Assembly: GCA_040905625.1 (NCBI GenBank)
Contig: JBBDRC010000236.1
Location: 18,155-82,154 of the forward strand
Direction of reading: 5' to 3'
Length of the DNA: 64,000 bases
From: Kiritimatiellia bacterium
GTDB taxonomy: Bacteria > Verrucomicrobiota > Kiritimatiellia > SS1-B-03-39 > UBA6053
Of the stretch, positions 39,001 to 39,737 are shown one piece after another. Positions within the stretch are counted from its first letter, which is position 1, and the number at the start of each line of letters is the position of its first letter. The notes beneath the pieces are model-generated. The model was given only the letters and a program-made list of their open reading frames with translations, was not told the origin of the DNA and ran no database searches. The position numbers and the translations under genes were made by a program.

Positions 39001-39737
39001 GCCGCATCAATATGCTGACCGCCAACCGTATCCGCTTTGCCGGAGCCGGCGGGGTGGGCGATGTGAATATGCCGCTGTACCTCAATGCCGGAACAATCGA
39101 AGCCGCCACCACCGGCGCGGCGGGCATTTATCTGGTGGAGATCAGCGAGATGACCATTGGTCAGGTCAGTTTTGACGGCATTGCCGAAAGCACCTCGGGT
39201 GTCAGCACCGCCGCCGGTGGCGATATTCATTTGGTCAACCTCAGCGGCACCCTGACCGTCGCCGCCGCCATACAGGCGACGGGTGGGGATGTGATACTCA
39301 CCAGTGAGGATCTGGACATCCAGGCCACCATCGCCAGCACCCGCACCACGGGCGGCAGTCTCTTCCGCGGCACCTTGGTCATTCAGACCCTGTCTGTCGA
39401 AAGTTCCATTGGCATGGCCAGTCCCTTCGGCACCGAAGAACTGGTGCTCAGTGGGGCGGAAATCACCCTCTTTATGAATGGTTTTGACCAGTCTCTGCCC
39501 GGCCGCTATCTGGTGAACGGCGAAGTGGTGACCAACCCCGCAGTCTCCGGCATCACCATTGGCCGGGCCGACGGCCGCCACGATATCTACCTCGGCGCTT
39601 TCACCTACACCGAATCTTTCACTTTCCGCTCCCCCGAACCCTTCGGCACTTTCTATGTGCTCGACCGGATTCTGCTGGAAAATTCACCGATTACCGGTGA
39701 TTTCCCGACATTGACGTATGAAGGGTGGAACCAATGA
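3..39737 (+). CDS. Giant (>13,240 aa) multidomain RTX/Ca-binding surface adhesin-like protein, 5'-truncated by the window edge
   Basis: One uninterrupted frame of about 39.7 kb. The frame is open upstream of the GTG at 15 (TCT TTC CCC GGC from position 3), so the true start lies outside the window. It carries many GGxGxDxL nonapeptides plus FG-GAP (GDxxGDGxxD), ELWxxDGT-like, LRR, LamG, P-domain and PPC motifs. Stop TGA at 39735-39737. Confidence 0.95.
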   Translation, partial: SFPGVDISGDFSVTSGTTGGGFQIIVGNNVEIFVGDNVSDSRTGLLLTNGTAVFISNAGVKTGFITGTVSFIGVEGFTMTSVMTLRYNEATVGVVDSFTLNGETINVNFSGNETAVGATPYFQFIADNAVLAIEDMVEVGGSLAFTRVGSTFKIGGTGVYVFVGDGPYSFENGSLNPDALGFAITDIEFGMILYTNAQSKYAFAGEGSPTFVGLDGLNIIDNLNLVFGVKLNRTGAALTEIIPTGTGTTTTLDFIDGTSFPTFTGSMTIGVTDVFDISGTVSITPRGGGSMDLRIDTASLNIYDGSTTAFGIEGSAFFTITPVEGFQLLDFRINGVTVYDTTLDLGALLPAQIQRPLTATLMNPSNGSVVDIADLNRDKYFDILFNDVNNIGINPTSITDAANEFILTRNGANIMGAMGFLAPENLYGNVWRYRFTGTLVTEGTYEFEFIADSWQDKATTPNKGLAKIERVTVFNAAGSTIPGVTVAADGTVTSAPPTYKLVSIKPGSVLSPNELNSSRYIDIKFKSNGDADLDAASINGGEFTITGTAVRDVLISNVAPIHLGKNVYRYLLLDKNETNTIGLFGDGDLTLTWLPNKFTAGGVGNLASKDVIKVNQAQSGEVAATTPIAIGPLSINLPFVKLAGLGFVDGDIVVTIAIGAANAGLNFASPPPAGGAGTTAPTAQQTSSGITADITNLEIRFDVSIALSDGFTPGFTGKFSVYAAKLEINIPDVFNLTADNLFISYNPNGAADQELLRVDRVLITFPKFSLQGEISPLLKNGTVIPGLIVRGNGFTLGQAQIIYGAVTVPPTTPPGQPVPTTGTTTGVDPDIKIGPVTFDDIRIGVTDFEVNFDSDNPIQFNGSIFIATGGARMTIGPVTANISVRPGQLNPDGSVKTEAMRLGLTFTDGRVDGFIFSVDTLKATFGGFLEVNAQDFLLDTGAGADDPMVVFGLIGATVKVGGLEIGGEARNFWVSGDGRLRTGNPTKPNLKFAVVLSFDGDGSGFKWPSFIPIQVTQIGLIFDDFENDPGDFNILLSARVNSIKGMAKVQVSGVIEGIIIDPGLLLEGKFPIVGLGAVGVGIKGDLFGGKIEASLIGGMMRIASPSPGSYSIIQAIDQTTPVHDRILYFGVEGGFSIAGAAGFTIRFALSELGPLGVRIGVSIPGGILLEPNTGLSINNFVGEVEFFKSLPSVKDPLALRDSAFEVTTSGDVGDWLSSVQQQVFNQYVAVQANPAIGGFLAAFTQPMLIKGSAIVYTMYTSQFVFNGQIDLIISTDGKFLVNGRLNFFGGLLSASAKMYADISNIAQGEATVLFLADLPDQFRLLTVHGKLDMGFRNEDGDVVTVPVYDMFPGNRSPEPRASLVLPDSADNSDVGLLNATTYEGGYYVDIQYVPGVAGAVDVMSILDEGQEFTARVMGIDGSIHTLALDGSPDPIELFLNEDSVMEEFVVTADTPEALAMEVEKKAVSRFRYRIEDSGFEWVPGTLTILFSEGSWTQEDVNTGEAELAPAVEIVALLEGATAVMAGPSNNGNIGIRDLNERKYLDVTFVPSRVSGAAIAFSDAPVITLGGSGFGTAAFTGTVDQQDADTFRYYFDGAFAPGTVNLSIAANQFADSSGVANTAQNLTFFVDGSTATLSSVGAGTVVGTTEFADAGTIEIAFTPSTTGGELDTATILDPGAEFTINLSDGSTLTVNGTPTQPADLTGTNIYRYAFTGTLVPGEVTVGFLADSFGDSEGIGNRAFTNIFQLDQPTSSTVNVTHGGSFYQDEVNDPQSDLYAETPGRFFDVDLTPIDVEGAAVDGTTLDVDDLILEVRRVDIRSVEASGIDIDTDTLSVVGHGFSSGDKIRLTMLGDSDPPGGLQAGNEYFVTVVDADTIRLSPSNGGATVDIASVDEAGIYLLERELETLSGFNITTMGQVDGDTYRFFYEGDFDLDSTADVVSVSLRMADGAWADTRGNQSAAMATTFYVRKPASTFFIDLEGGWELNGMGLLDEPIIEVVGFATFEAKRVDLPDGTSGYRFDLEFGGNGNMIVIGSLGAVAGKFSLDLTKPESGPDPEAVTAAEFISDLGVPVAADSILHAVELPKLWGVIKVERSFDFLKNIGIDLKFAGTLQINTTRVEKVETLTLPGIAGDILQKTDGGLAQIAHQDSITDELGVALGSTTLPQPVLDLLSDAGITLGDGFKVWSVVVDTLWRIDDLANDRAFFIEVQDYTDMEDPEASEDVRINLRGETQEFTLAPKTIFLAGYAYATFEFQGTKLLGAKGALAVKISTTSLEYFWDGRMFIGPSDNPFGEYRSRLLLVVRPSEGGGPPIPGFAGWMQVAARIDLPGISISGSVDGIFNTFREDVVFEVPSFIRDVVGETEITIPGGPLLLDGTFGEDQVYLVINVEGQANIMDVLRLEGRFYLKISETELELQVSAYADLFIGQIGASGTVRINQQGLVGSLELALSAGQALGGDIFTLEGSFLLELNTTGTAQTVQSLEIAPDGTVTGFTTREIDPYTLRMVAGGELVIGGTITFKGKLELVINSQGFEAYMVMLLDLGFAELDVEGGFAILNKPAGIMFAMSIEVQAAISIGPIDISGLALLQINTGNEDYSNEGITVAANTAFRLMIDGEIDLFNGAFTLRGLLGILINADGFRMDVQALLIMPLVNPVSAIGVLAIIDDGIYGFLEIGSGDVPLIDGIGFSISGTVIMRLNTTGTDQNVGPITYDELNEEYVEGPTVLLEANSFYLLVTGEVMIAGFITIEGTVEISVNSEGLSLYFDASAAIGPFGRISVMGGAKILSSGHLVILLDAQTSIGLGPISIDGTFTFQINTSGSAQTIGTTSIAAGSLLIKVRAEVSILLFKGVGDLTISYVNGVFEVRIDQLSINFFNIIQIGVHGYFRSDGTFSVTGRAEFTIPLGPFQLYGGVEVTFTHNSFSGEMWGGVRVSINMGFFKIRFNLASISAGITITSVNARGRLSIDIGPFTMHGSVAWSWGPPPVLATKSGGTLYLNTGSRAGYRGDLYDDIADESYSIYQDGGTVRVSAIGYTQTFTGISHISGDMGNGNDYVYIGENVTASATISGGSGDDILIYAGTSSATLNGGDGNDLIYGGPGNDTLSGNAGNDEIYGGEGNDTINGNAGNNKLFGETGSNTLRGGTGNDEIQGGDGNDTIFGTAGTNLIYGNLGDDTITGGSGFDTIYGGLGIDTIFGNLGNNLIHGNEDNDFIYGGTGNDEIHGDAGDDTIEGRNGNNRIAGGEGSDTITGGSGNDVIYGDFGQMGTIATVNGAGGNDTINAANGNNVVFGGEGDDTLTGGSANDILVGDHGSFSGSLLTVSGTIAGNDILNSGLGSNILVGGAGNDSLNGSSGNNLLIGDVALVSVSNWFATSVVALTSASGNDTVTVISGHNFIIGGGGDDTITAGTGNDVVFGDNASLVLNPQAGTLTSFNTTDPTFGGADTILGTAGRNLLIGGFGADTITGGSSDDVIFGDHGTAVMVAGAVMRANTLDTVNGAADILAGGSGNDILFGGVGNDTLNADSGSNLLFGDHGVAVLADGSADEWDAWTTDPGTGGDDTLNGGSGFDVHFGGFGNDSINGGSGIDTILGDSGLVRKSSWSVVESLQSTDPSLGGNDIISTGVNFNRVIGGFANDTITGGSGNDTIIGDNGFIGVTGAGFNLYSTDTSFGGNDTIVTGDGRNEVIAGSGNDAVTGGAGFSTVLLDNGTITRDATLLAIRATSKLNDVDAGNDSATGGSGNEIFIGGLGSDTLNGGEGDNVLFGDSADVSPGLYMTIDPSFGSDDILTSGSRNDFLFGGQANDTLNAGNGNNVLIGDYGRIETTSTTLAETGNLLMIASTDPAQGGTDSLTSGSGDDQLIGGTAGDSLTSGAGNDVLIGDQGRVIYDNGTVTGMLSGDVYSAGVFVRATVNGGNDTLNASAGNNVLFGGEADDSLTAGAGNDVLLGDHGVAGRGFTYNAVAFYDVLSLYDEDAGNDSLHAGDGSNLLMGGAANDTLTGGSGNDYIIGDHGRFTRDTSLVLLRMATKLNDLLGGNDTINTGNGSNYAFGGVKQDLINGGSGVDVLFGDNGVAVFNDGSAEANDVYSTDPSMGDEDTINGNNGDDLIVGGAVHHYVTPNTLDRGNVLNGGQGNDYVVGTSAYFKRNAANVVERVSTLFPEWGSNDRIDVATGLRPSDSRGSDILIGGTGDDIIHGGWESNFNLLMGDNGVVVRADGTAQANDVWTTDPAWGGIDVLIGSAGNDLLIGGTGGADTATTTDLTGSYDINNGVLTFTTPGHGLVIGRVVYIDFSTGSGNDGLYKVTGVNGDRLTLDTLGWFGMDLPTIGGNITGDALLRRSGDVISGGRGDDVNLGDGIAIERDAADNYLVIHSQDPSFGGNDLIDLFGNLGNDITIAGRGNDRVMGGTLDDGRDLIFGDWATVDFTSFRNVSQDVVVTAERILIANAISTDSAFGGNDWIDGGTGTNLISGGAGDDYVTAGPGNSVLAGDMVFFERNKYNKLSMVHSVFPEGEGHDTIVGNIGHDLIIGGGGDDWIDGNKGDDIIFGDNGAAIFFRESARDGDMFSLYPQFGGQDTIFGGEGYDFIFGGSGGADQAAPGLLQNRTVTVDADGYVTRDGGYGVNGDIIYSSPADVNSPVFDEIVFGDNGYIQRSLAGVITFLSTRVYSLELENRSYVGYLSTTGWLADAMTAGMPVETDPVRFENYGGDDVINWVVGNSGNNILFGGYGNDILDGGTGLDILIGDNGEVRPINGQYIVQAIRSTFPGSGGNDLMYGGTGNDILMGGPADDLLVGGFGDDHLWGDGGQDLIWGGQEVYHWSNFRVLDGESIEDKFDLPPGWAAAEADNPTGYQPPLITAKVLNGLRIDGSVLDGDNILRGGYGDDIIFGGGRDADADGGPGNDYIDGGAGNNILTGGGGDDVILGGDNDDVIRGDFPFLGSFDAIDPVLKVGDTGLPADPFEYFIFRGFFTGRDQIYGGGGDDRLFPDGGASDVITFANAAVTPVTTTAKLQNPNPGYAAAVFNFTGANNDIEFRSLVASTDFVGWTIHIEDRGIDGLGVLVSFDYDLKTMTVTLEKGINNAADVQEAVINTANAPFLAYAVYRGNSVIPFSDHGDGPGTQMGQTILGEAGSDSLYAWAPNGNAEEQSNYGGDTLRGGSGNDFLYGNLRKDRLFGDTGDDYIHGDALTGPRYAFNEFGEGDGPMEVGGGDLIFGGTGDDRLLGGGGDDEIWGGSGSDWLEGGNGMDTLYGGTGIDIILLDSKPYYSVFGETVDGFYGNEFRNDTLNDNATDILLVEGTDFNDRILFTEETALLSDNPQAITTSSESVKQTFTLTLFDPVTNQTFTDTFTIDSISANLETIVNDFNDLFAASTFLSGKIQAVERGETLAFITRGFGAGMTLSLSAFTGGDANALGLEDLGFAENRLGVGQMVVDYAQWVNDTGTFDIVNPRVILLTWKDSAGTPLIEQVRLSGLGGDDILGFTAGRNALDVSGLTARSRDWVSTFDGGPGNDVIYGSDGRDQIFGGFGSDTIYGNAGDDILWADGPAEGSPDDVNIIYGGQGNDDILGGKGINFLYTWSDDPNRGGPNDPSIAELHFVNGETLLVFPTAPELHLPIGDPLRVTDYSFGNDTLRLVGSGDLPANGRLNNDARFALFIGENADPVEIWVKAADTVDFSSMAELIALVNSELKQGRLADGRVVDMSYAVVAGLEGNRLTFTTTGTAISLSTNNPALSGVTAELNGRGQIIAQNPLTLDADLTSPVVFTLTFNGHDVELILSAELVKNFVSVDEWAYELNKALGEVTDAQNLPLHFDTFLEFDILDVGNDAYLRLNSRIDSIQIVDRSDVLRIVGTDTAPLTGNLSTDAYFTLIIGSEGKPVDVKVPYTSTRDNLTIDMLVIDINEAIAKATLPDGSNANLDLAVKAVRDGNRIVLETLGTLIELNSGNGDGTSEDLKFAEDMIGRGTLSAATAVETNGQIDNDVNFTLRLNGDRAYAFTLLAADTTGNSSVADLVDQLNALLLTATDADGDPARLEQYLRFGQEDNKLTLTALTHSIQFISQFGIYVDPDSGQLRDNDGGGRYELEDTGLNRVLGGAYDDNLYGGTGLDFLYGNGGDDTLWRADGTSMESVDGGLAGDEWKQYAKETDKVWYYRGTNADDVISVDYVTEPGLLGGSHLITRLTNNNGNFTFDAQVKLDFGATDSEGNLIYNDLPLGTLPPEDDFLAIIIDALGGDDIINIGPTVQVSIWTDAGAGNDVVNTMSGNSILPDKTEQGGRNDTPETGYSLGRAWLVGSEDPSALNFRLTAATGGTTPKVTLRVNGLDPITLDLKGTGNNIEASNLLDDLNQALTEAGLSGRLVALMLGGRIAIGPTAGSDVLALEIYAVSGSETALSELGYENGAFIGQAALTGQDTAAILTADTALSSVVTGNGTLVVTVNGTAYDVNVLNTADNITTNDLLLDLEAALAAATLSGTASAFDLSGLLTFDLLGNFIRLLPETATEVLSLSLSAGTMAGAIGFNSSTSAEFVEGVLATDGKLTEDASFDISVNGAEFRRVTVTAEATSDNTRAADLALDLQAALADAELANQLRAEVLNGRMRLVTLNGGSRASIVVQMTETDPARTELHFLNNQIALSSLLISSNLVLTGLTIDNADDADWYSFTLASAPGAGAVIRLNSASPLDGLRLAIFEAGGDAPFNENDSAQSITPDQPDLDGGNDSVEDAFTLAQIDSYQKVFGLTLHSDTDIDWFRFTLGEDGTVSDRISILSTEAAALRFELFDADGNKVLNADGSERTFAGITDPKSYVHFVLEGLEAGDYTIRISGENGEVAPYELFTAIGETGYVQRDLSGKSESSISLENLEAGKAYLLRVTSPNLVPTIYSLSFEIGAAEDLNIDMATRPNQVRRDVILGGSGDDRLQGGSGEDWIFGVAGSNVISGGYDRGAPDLLFGGTGNDTFQIMPDALPKLNNSDATFIPTFNDIMQGGGGQNRVLFFGGDLDNLGREVPDFAAVRFNPLLGRWEFTALVWDTANQEFMMTEIPGAVVTAQGSGPTDGRLASDFTFTIVLGEVSYEVTVPASATRGEILAESAPVLSNLTGDLSFEVSFGPGDTTVVDAAFGETAPATVDALVGILNESIRSTLLSGKVTFVNVAGKLQLQPASILSRTTISLEGDLLALGFSTTSKVAEVNNGARDLAADIQNAFRTAVIAGTSTVVDITELVTVGVRDGRFVFLNTEISLEDDLRIEDAALLGFDLNGQDQDPGRLIYEQHYYFFMAFGIQEFVIDLQRGDDVFHADPEYTFLNQIDEWGVKAGAGQQGGGSLVNLIIRGGDGNDMLFGGAFDDKIYGGAGYDYLSGGPGNDLLDGGSGNDLLAGNTSTPFDIYELVKKGGVTGHNNTAAFAALLPEITSDHLIIDGLTFHEGDRADFYLIKTPESLKQFSGSVSALLLRDLLTVTFDDPASQMLFDRFAGSSLSLFAARDLDPSSVIEAVPVEQFAGVPDYYILKVVNVASFTVVAENPSVSTGRLSGNASFEISVNGGTATTVTVNTSTTVGNLNTSATDNNVDIQDLAIDLRAAINAAGLSDIFIVEVFQSALGLRLGLTAAYDFTFDITYATGNPASELGFRNGQTNLLRAAEMGRYKITFDEALGSTVQVDGSDADAVLLVVGTDADATLASFRPVSIALGDIDGDGIGDYVAGVSDDLVNGRSTVLILSGVEDFADLGISDQINRHFLNLPAPLLSATATGAQSFFLQPADYNNDGLSDIGILLVGDHPSVYIIGGSDGGTPVVREALSAADLIINGTNDSFGAESSVNPNGHDQVILWEDSKVYVLDGAEFSSDGNTFVSIGSSALNFSGGQVLTTSVTEDFSTAVMGTDVTTGLLPGMSTAVVNLWGIYSSPSSVYGSGNVLHFGNSTFDSYASGSSTVGGFARMDGFTGGSFGTLITFDSHLETEGYPAYYDQAWVEVSIDGLNWTRVASSFGGAGDVQLFDGGGSQKVAIQLDSSFAGALEIRFNFNSRDGYVNAFDGWSIDNLEVQGLEALDETDFDDGVTPFTDTITFKSSNNSNITLNFEDMGADNLWRIGSLQNNRGDGTGLYFGKADWTYDTGSRVAGAAILRGFTVGSGGALLSFDSFLRTEGLPSEFDKALVEVRKAGTLTWTPFASNAGGGNLVTLVDPATTETQRVGIELDNTWTGDIEIRFSFDSIDGEENAFEGWSVDNVRVDAFLPLSTLNGTNVTGTIRAAAGVGQLYDTDSPRETVPGVSIGNNGNLVVVTDTQILVFDLNDLTDPRVDPISVLPDVALTFNTPVDNTVTRVVSLGNITGDAAGAVEFGISGSNANYLYSFDGGGWNILSDENAGGVYVALGDLDNDGVQDFGRVTVKEDRTLTGVANWNGSQTETTEPLYHNVAEIFLSADRDELSVINLKRPSLHFEQDTPGYRALSDLSQTQYILSAYSHHSTDGDTLVLAEMLGSELNFFDAGDYGAAPAAEDLSFLDPALPRIFRYPLAFPNYDVTDSTSYSGIDIGDVITGINLSDAIAFEGDRVNMNLSLAQQLGDVDGDGHADTLLMGPDYAFLLLGPVQTLGLQQAAVYADYLFDLASLGRPAERMGDLNADGLTDLVFFRHNDADNTTVITIIFGGQVYPRLISAGDLDPDTSRTIVLTQDELNTDNGSVDPQVMAARWSGHFNAQSGLYYDDLVVVSPKASAVNSYGFIFAGDVIRDFGGNLSMDSAYALADLRLFTTEIASGNIDAVFPTRNFYINADQESFTPQSTLQSGTAADATTSQIGASYSNPNMNGFVFSPLGTTTNLWAQTTDFPLAAGGNIALYFGQNTGTYNYNVSGKVVGGYATLSNISTGVGASTLTFSSYLQTENYPAAYDKAWVEVRRPGTNTWVVVASNSSGQLLETGAFQNVTVNLDSSFAGVVDIRFGFNSVDTVANNYQGWVVDNVALSYTREEVNPVTSTININVTGNDPDAIVTDVDLVIRSLNTGRLDGLTVTLIAPNGSRALLFANRGGARTTVLSSTLDDEAFYPVADGLGVFSFSFTPDGLLSDLDGSSANGLWQLEVIDASADGTITTMDVELRLRTDQPITSTIEVPVAGTGNDKVSDVVLSVQIDHTFGTDLELTLEGPDGTVVALPNLSDWTDVTLNDQGIGSYTLAADLADFYNENFSGTWTLTIVDEVGRYDGTLKSWSIDLAQVITEIPLEVESLPLSPVDINVNIRLKEDADNDRPLDLSNVGITLVGPTQVNDLDVRVVLFAPGQLSGNALGSVLRSLTLDDQAVSALTAATAPYSGSLQPVGSLSVFNGLNPNGVWTLEITDDSGNLSGLVDSWSLEFSFAPINDTALTASVVGDVNGDGLDDLGFVVRAFTGEEGINPAQGQAFILGGRDLPNNTGRGRIISSTTGLTSGDVIAEVFTRGGASDSRASAILGVGGDNNNLLIRALNNGAGTNGYQVVVKYVPATLDAVTVTSTSSLLTINIHNDQATAEAVLDLLNFSTGANAFRALFEASLYVEAEASLFTDSIWQTRTTSLGGSIQALGDLNNDGADDFALVRYREDAATANGAVLVYKGSLNWRETGAKPVDAENTAYVRFTQASTGEFGTSSFFSTLHVTAGDFNGDGESDLVIGRTRFQRVSGQSDTFTQIQILSTGTSGSAYIFFSITNNTAPTLQFRDAHLILEGQSETDRFGTLTKTPGMDINADGIDDLFVGSATADGTIGGTRVDAGRLYLIYGSRLIQEIPDRGFDILTNRSIAGLGSFLVDTGIGRPDVFYDADLNENGILDSSRYTLLPGETYKWYRFTTLGDGALGDMLRLDPIAGVQTQTFVNGFSGVLTENGANPYTVDLSGVGITLQNASDIAVLEFDLSAYLAAIDDPELLKQVTLRIAGLSTETVEIPTDIQRIVNTGSEIVFTSRNEFGVASLWISDGTPFGTRKVQDLTGLDHDLVSTGDRVFLITLNNSKYNLFEVNSEALTLRTITINLNTAPAALVANSAALYYLQSEKVYYVDDNNAPVEVGGVSAVTQLLFSGAVTNNFYAVSANSVWLLSGVSATGITRSAPFNDASALMLAGDYVYFRASDNGIQRVWASRVSGVGANGAAVLLNDGSGVLMSSLSEMLRVGGVTYVIGTNANGVRNLWILAADGSTYSAAPGSLVNPTDLTEMVNGRVAVISGANRSEIYVYNPASPAGTPTHFATGARDIQSLTSTTGNNFIFTARGVSTDNGLEPWKLVSGTASEIADIAPGAASSSPAGFTLYNGRYYFSAETATHGRELYSTSLSDLVFARDVYVGPRSGQVGNLTVVESTLFFTAVENETDGFRIFSFTQTATTIQVNGPGNNNALTFSRSDLNGSETVSFITGSAVGHFESVDGLIVTVIGGVTTADDLVTYFSTNSVWTAVLDTVTESGNTGNGLIMAEDATLKGGVIASPASLIIRLPGSTDTVLISTSDTGLDVNDIKLNLQTVTTNFDRFDGTPYYADASWVNSTKTLTISYVAGITTMADVARAITAADAILDAELVPANDSNFISFPYIKITGGMNAISRVVLDDVELVFTKTVGPTRTLIFQTGTATAASFSGGVYTITIHLETTTAQQLKAVMDPLASDGVSLTLGGTASTKIRIPQLLSDISGTFSGGEDAVSATATLDLGDSMEIALTAATPGTAANAYEVRVVASFVNGTGTALTNTNRVDITKAGNLFTVYALPGVATLDNIVSELTARSEFTATTSDTSAVVNLPFIELANGQNEVAHVGAINAVIGGITFSDIFILTGIDDNELPAHSPTFSATRTPTEDPTVSIVSDALVINVRADGTTTYNELLAAFNLLTGFNTTMNTSVTGEDPVPTDGVSLSYVVTTPYQAAAPAEGFYDFGPGTITVTSSTAGPSDNGVGIVFRGTATTLGTSWDGSRLTVNFVSGGSKLSDIAAAIALDTSTTFSASVTDGDTNYMPVNPAADFADGENTVAATVTLIMPDGNELTLSAEDGDDGDSFNGRTVSVIAESSVGITGSSDYVLTLVENSTTLANLNSALSAGDLTATSFTDTAGDPLPVGTPLYVLRQGSNPAAPGSNGSATLAVPGDNNDLSFSAIGEYNDYVLVFVDDAEAGSETVVVDGVNQRIEIRIAFGQSTANQVVTAFTAVTGISASLQGVGNTGLGAINPAAGTVAPLNHLTDVNFDNPRDLFVFNNALYFVADDASGGDTFIWRRTASATPVKTDIDLNGDERFQVVGNKIFYVKDSSGEVWQYRNDGGFSSESLGYIANTFGFIDENQFVRITAQGSVINHNLDTLPDVEANRVVGWDSLTEVIVHNGNLALVNKINSNHSIWQVTGTGFTAANLVSSGSTLSGLRSLGDTLFYVSTDGSDIPTLYSITGSGPAVVRQVGLAESSFSSFARIDNKVYYFYSETGKNELTVVDLTSVAVTTGTGIKDLGKGTISDLVVTDGKLYFVLGTARGTNLWYSDLTAVGTQRVLRNNAVVANPTQLTPLHDAVFFLAPTTDIEGVITGGVLWRTDGVNADTQKPKAKPFADFVLSVVPALNIYMVTGTGDGLVNAADATRLANAVLIANRTAVSNEMRVDITELIRSLLLDGVSRVTFLMHLPSDLDDPVTLSHAHAANGTRLEVVTGSSDTVTGSLYTDEGRLLQSGQAVIDLSQLTAGTYFLRVEAPVDEISLGNDGVADVSDIPLATAADYVYFLRNGELWRNNGILSAPVTYTTGSGEVKILGSDPADSLALIAGAGERLFLSILNGAVSTLWMVDGHFATAVAELTGEVTDAAGLGDRLIFRMLDAIYVADTDSYILLADHAGASSIGTLIAAGNRVVYKLEEVWQATDGVSVTALNIIDAGVQDAGALIAVNGDLFYFVEEAGQLTLWRASPGEGEAYGAEALTIAALSALTFTDYAFLGVIDGKLLFTVTTADGVSLWVSNGSGDPFFGGQTAGTVVLERDLGGEAGYVTVNDSVLYFTVTNSSTGVVSLWRSEGNDADTFEQVPELPGIVNSRVILNGETYFIAGPTATRILWKLTDTGVKLIAFLPRAASLLTAVGDRLAFTARTEGVYGIGPSLWVSDGTAAGTRMVVDLTPVQPGFITGISNTSNGIVFVVRNDDAIVEGVVDYSLWISNGFRDGTYPLISSNGGDWAFGAATAPPTLIRTVGAVAFYLYQDQVYVTDGTQDGTRQLASDIEIANHIESDGRLVILTTSGNLWTSEGNLVGLPFRIEVKAPLQGNSHGNSDRDILMGGEGEDVLIGNADHDQLFGNSGDDFFVGESSEIRDRAVGEFFALPPTAQFSVQQPRQPDTEVYIPDLALKAAIAKALNIPVTEGFDGRPVIHGTIMASAMATLVNLQANDLGIQNVVGLHFARNLRILNLNGNRIQDLSILVPATDPLTGARTGLSNLRIFSLDYNGMGILTFGEGEEVVEVEADINEIQSTITFWFRTDVSGVAQGLFSMDNGTRGEGGLDRSIYLTGDGNIASFLFHNDGVTIGNDVITSTGLNLNDGMWHHVALVFSSDSTVFQTLYVDGRVVGTGTVTSSSLSVQDGINFGYAQDAAGTDLWFEGDLDEVRIWDTAFTDLQVNTDMVQAYPAVAERVYLVGYWSFDGPATAFAQDHSLFGRNGRLGGGNIDFAPAFNRMQPSLTNRPAPDQTLIALGARSTLFETVIRDLGQLNVPGPLTKLSLAYNRVDVLDPISNLPALNFVNLNGVITLAGSRLAEIAEHTGATPVSKLFEAKDGTRFVVEGDRTLVISAGTWSWRRLTVGAGVDLDEAFTLTLNGGNLEVRAFGVTEVFALADFDQIVFDGGNANDILTIEGILNKALYAVGGDGDDDLQGGSLNSQLFGGAGNDRLTAVAGITVLTGGAGDDIYAFVEGWNNATVNEIPGAGSDTLDFSAVSTDLDINLRGTSTSDNGDSVRHTSNSIEQVTGGSGNDHLNFHRDNGGVLELFAGALIWDGVSITHSGIESVDVRFVNSDTGLGTGVVRVLEDLDFSDQDLRLEARSIDLRASIVADGLSLISTTIIGLTQNLNVNEGLGRINMLTANRIRFAGAGGVGDVNMPLYLNAGTIEAATTGAAGIYLVEISEMTIGQVSFDGIAESTSGVSTAAGGDIHLVNLSGTLTVAAAIQATGGDVILTSEDLDIQATIASTRTTGGSLFRGTLVIQTLSVESSIGMASPFGTEELVLSGAEITLFMNGFDQSLPGRYLVNGEVVTNPAVSGITIGRADGRHDIYLGAFTYTESFTFRSPEPFGTFYVLDRILLENSPITGDFPTLTYEGWNQ
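1068..5915 (+). repeat. Six degenerate Ig-like repeats in ORF1 (two at ~1068-1850, four at ~4077-5915)
   Basis: Recurring pattern (P/G)xTAxL...LNxxxYxDIxF...DxxSIxDxxxEF...YRYxFxG...FxDxxGxxN, for example DLNRDKYFDILF, ELNSSRYIDIKF and DLNERKYLDVTF. Confidence 0.65.
5920..8940 (+). repeat. Beta-meander repeats with a period of ~110-130 aa and a GxxxLxxNT(T)G motif (similar sequence also at 3-1000 and ~1900-4020)
   Basis: The motif Asn falls at ~6345, 7026, 7416, 7773, 8097 and 8451 (QINTTR, IFNTFR, ELNTTG, QINTGN, RLNTTG, QINTSG). Strands alternate hydrophobic residues and are Gly-rich. Confidence 0.65.
9135..18750 (+). repeat. RTX / hemolysin-type Ca2+-binding nonapeptide repeat region (densest at 9135-15750; further clusters near 20690-20840, 21945-22085, 36620-36720 and 38300-38700)
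   Basis: Dozens of GGxGxDx(L/I)x repeats (GGSGDDILI, GGDGNDLIY, GGPGNDTLS and so on), interleaved with GD(N/H)G...STDPxxGGxD spacer units. Confidence 0.95.
15955..22860 (+). repeat. About 10-11 dispersed ~100-aa 'type A' modules (GxLxxDxxFxLxVNG...TxxNxxxxDLxxDLNxAL...GNRLxL), flagellin-hook/sheath-like
   Basis: Examples: NGRLNNDARFALFIG, TGNLSTDAYFTLIIG, NGQIDNDVNFTLRLNG, DGKLTEDASFDISVNG and TGRLSGNASFEISVNG, each followed by a DLxxxLNxAL-like helix. The family assignment is inferred. Confidence 0.65.
19908..20625 (+). other. Pre-peptidase C-terminal (PPC)-like domains in ORF1 (further copies at ~22140-22490 and a split copy at 29346/34821)
   Basis: Motifs GLTIDNADDADWYSFTL, GLTLHSDTDIDWFRFTL...LEAGDYTIRI and GLTFHEGDRADFYLI. 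Confidence 0.65.
23559..26813 (+). repeat. Three MAM-like / immune-inhibitor-A-type jelly-roll domains (23559-24068, 24090-24630, 26349-26813)
   Basis: Shared motif F(D/S)SxLxTExxPxxYD(Q/K)AxVEV...IRFxFxSxDxxxNxxxGWxxDNV in all three copies. Confidence 0.7.
26841..27971 (+). repeat. Three tandem proprotein-convertase P-domains
   Basis: TSTIxV...VxDVxL...L(I/E/V)xPxG...LDDxA...LSxFxGxxxNGxWxLxIxD...GxLxSWSL, repeated three times. Confidence 0.8.
29724..36550 (+). repeat. ELWxxDGT-type beta-propeller repeats (two blocks), the first interrupted by eight tandem 'type B' modules at ~30939-33415
   Basis: SLWISDGTPFGT (29724), GLEPWK, HGRELYST, NLWYSDLTAVGT, LWRTDG, SLWVSDGTAAGT (36111) and YVTDGTQDGT. 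Confidence 0.8.
36819..38021 (+). other. Internalin-like leucine-rich repeat domain with an inserted LamG/concanavalin-like jelly-roll (37206-37772)
   Basis: LRR cap IPDLALKAAI, then LRILNLNGNRIQDL and LRIFSLDYN. The LamG insert shows TITFWFRT...DGMWHHVALV...LYVDG...FEGDLDEVRIW...LVGYWSFD. The LRR resumes with LTKLSLAYNRVDVL. Confidence 0.8.
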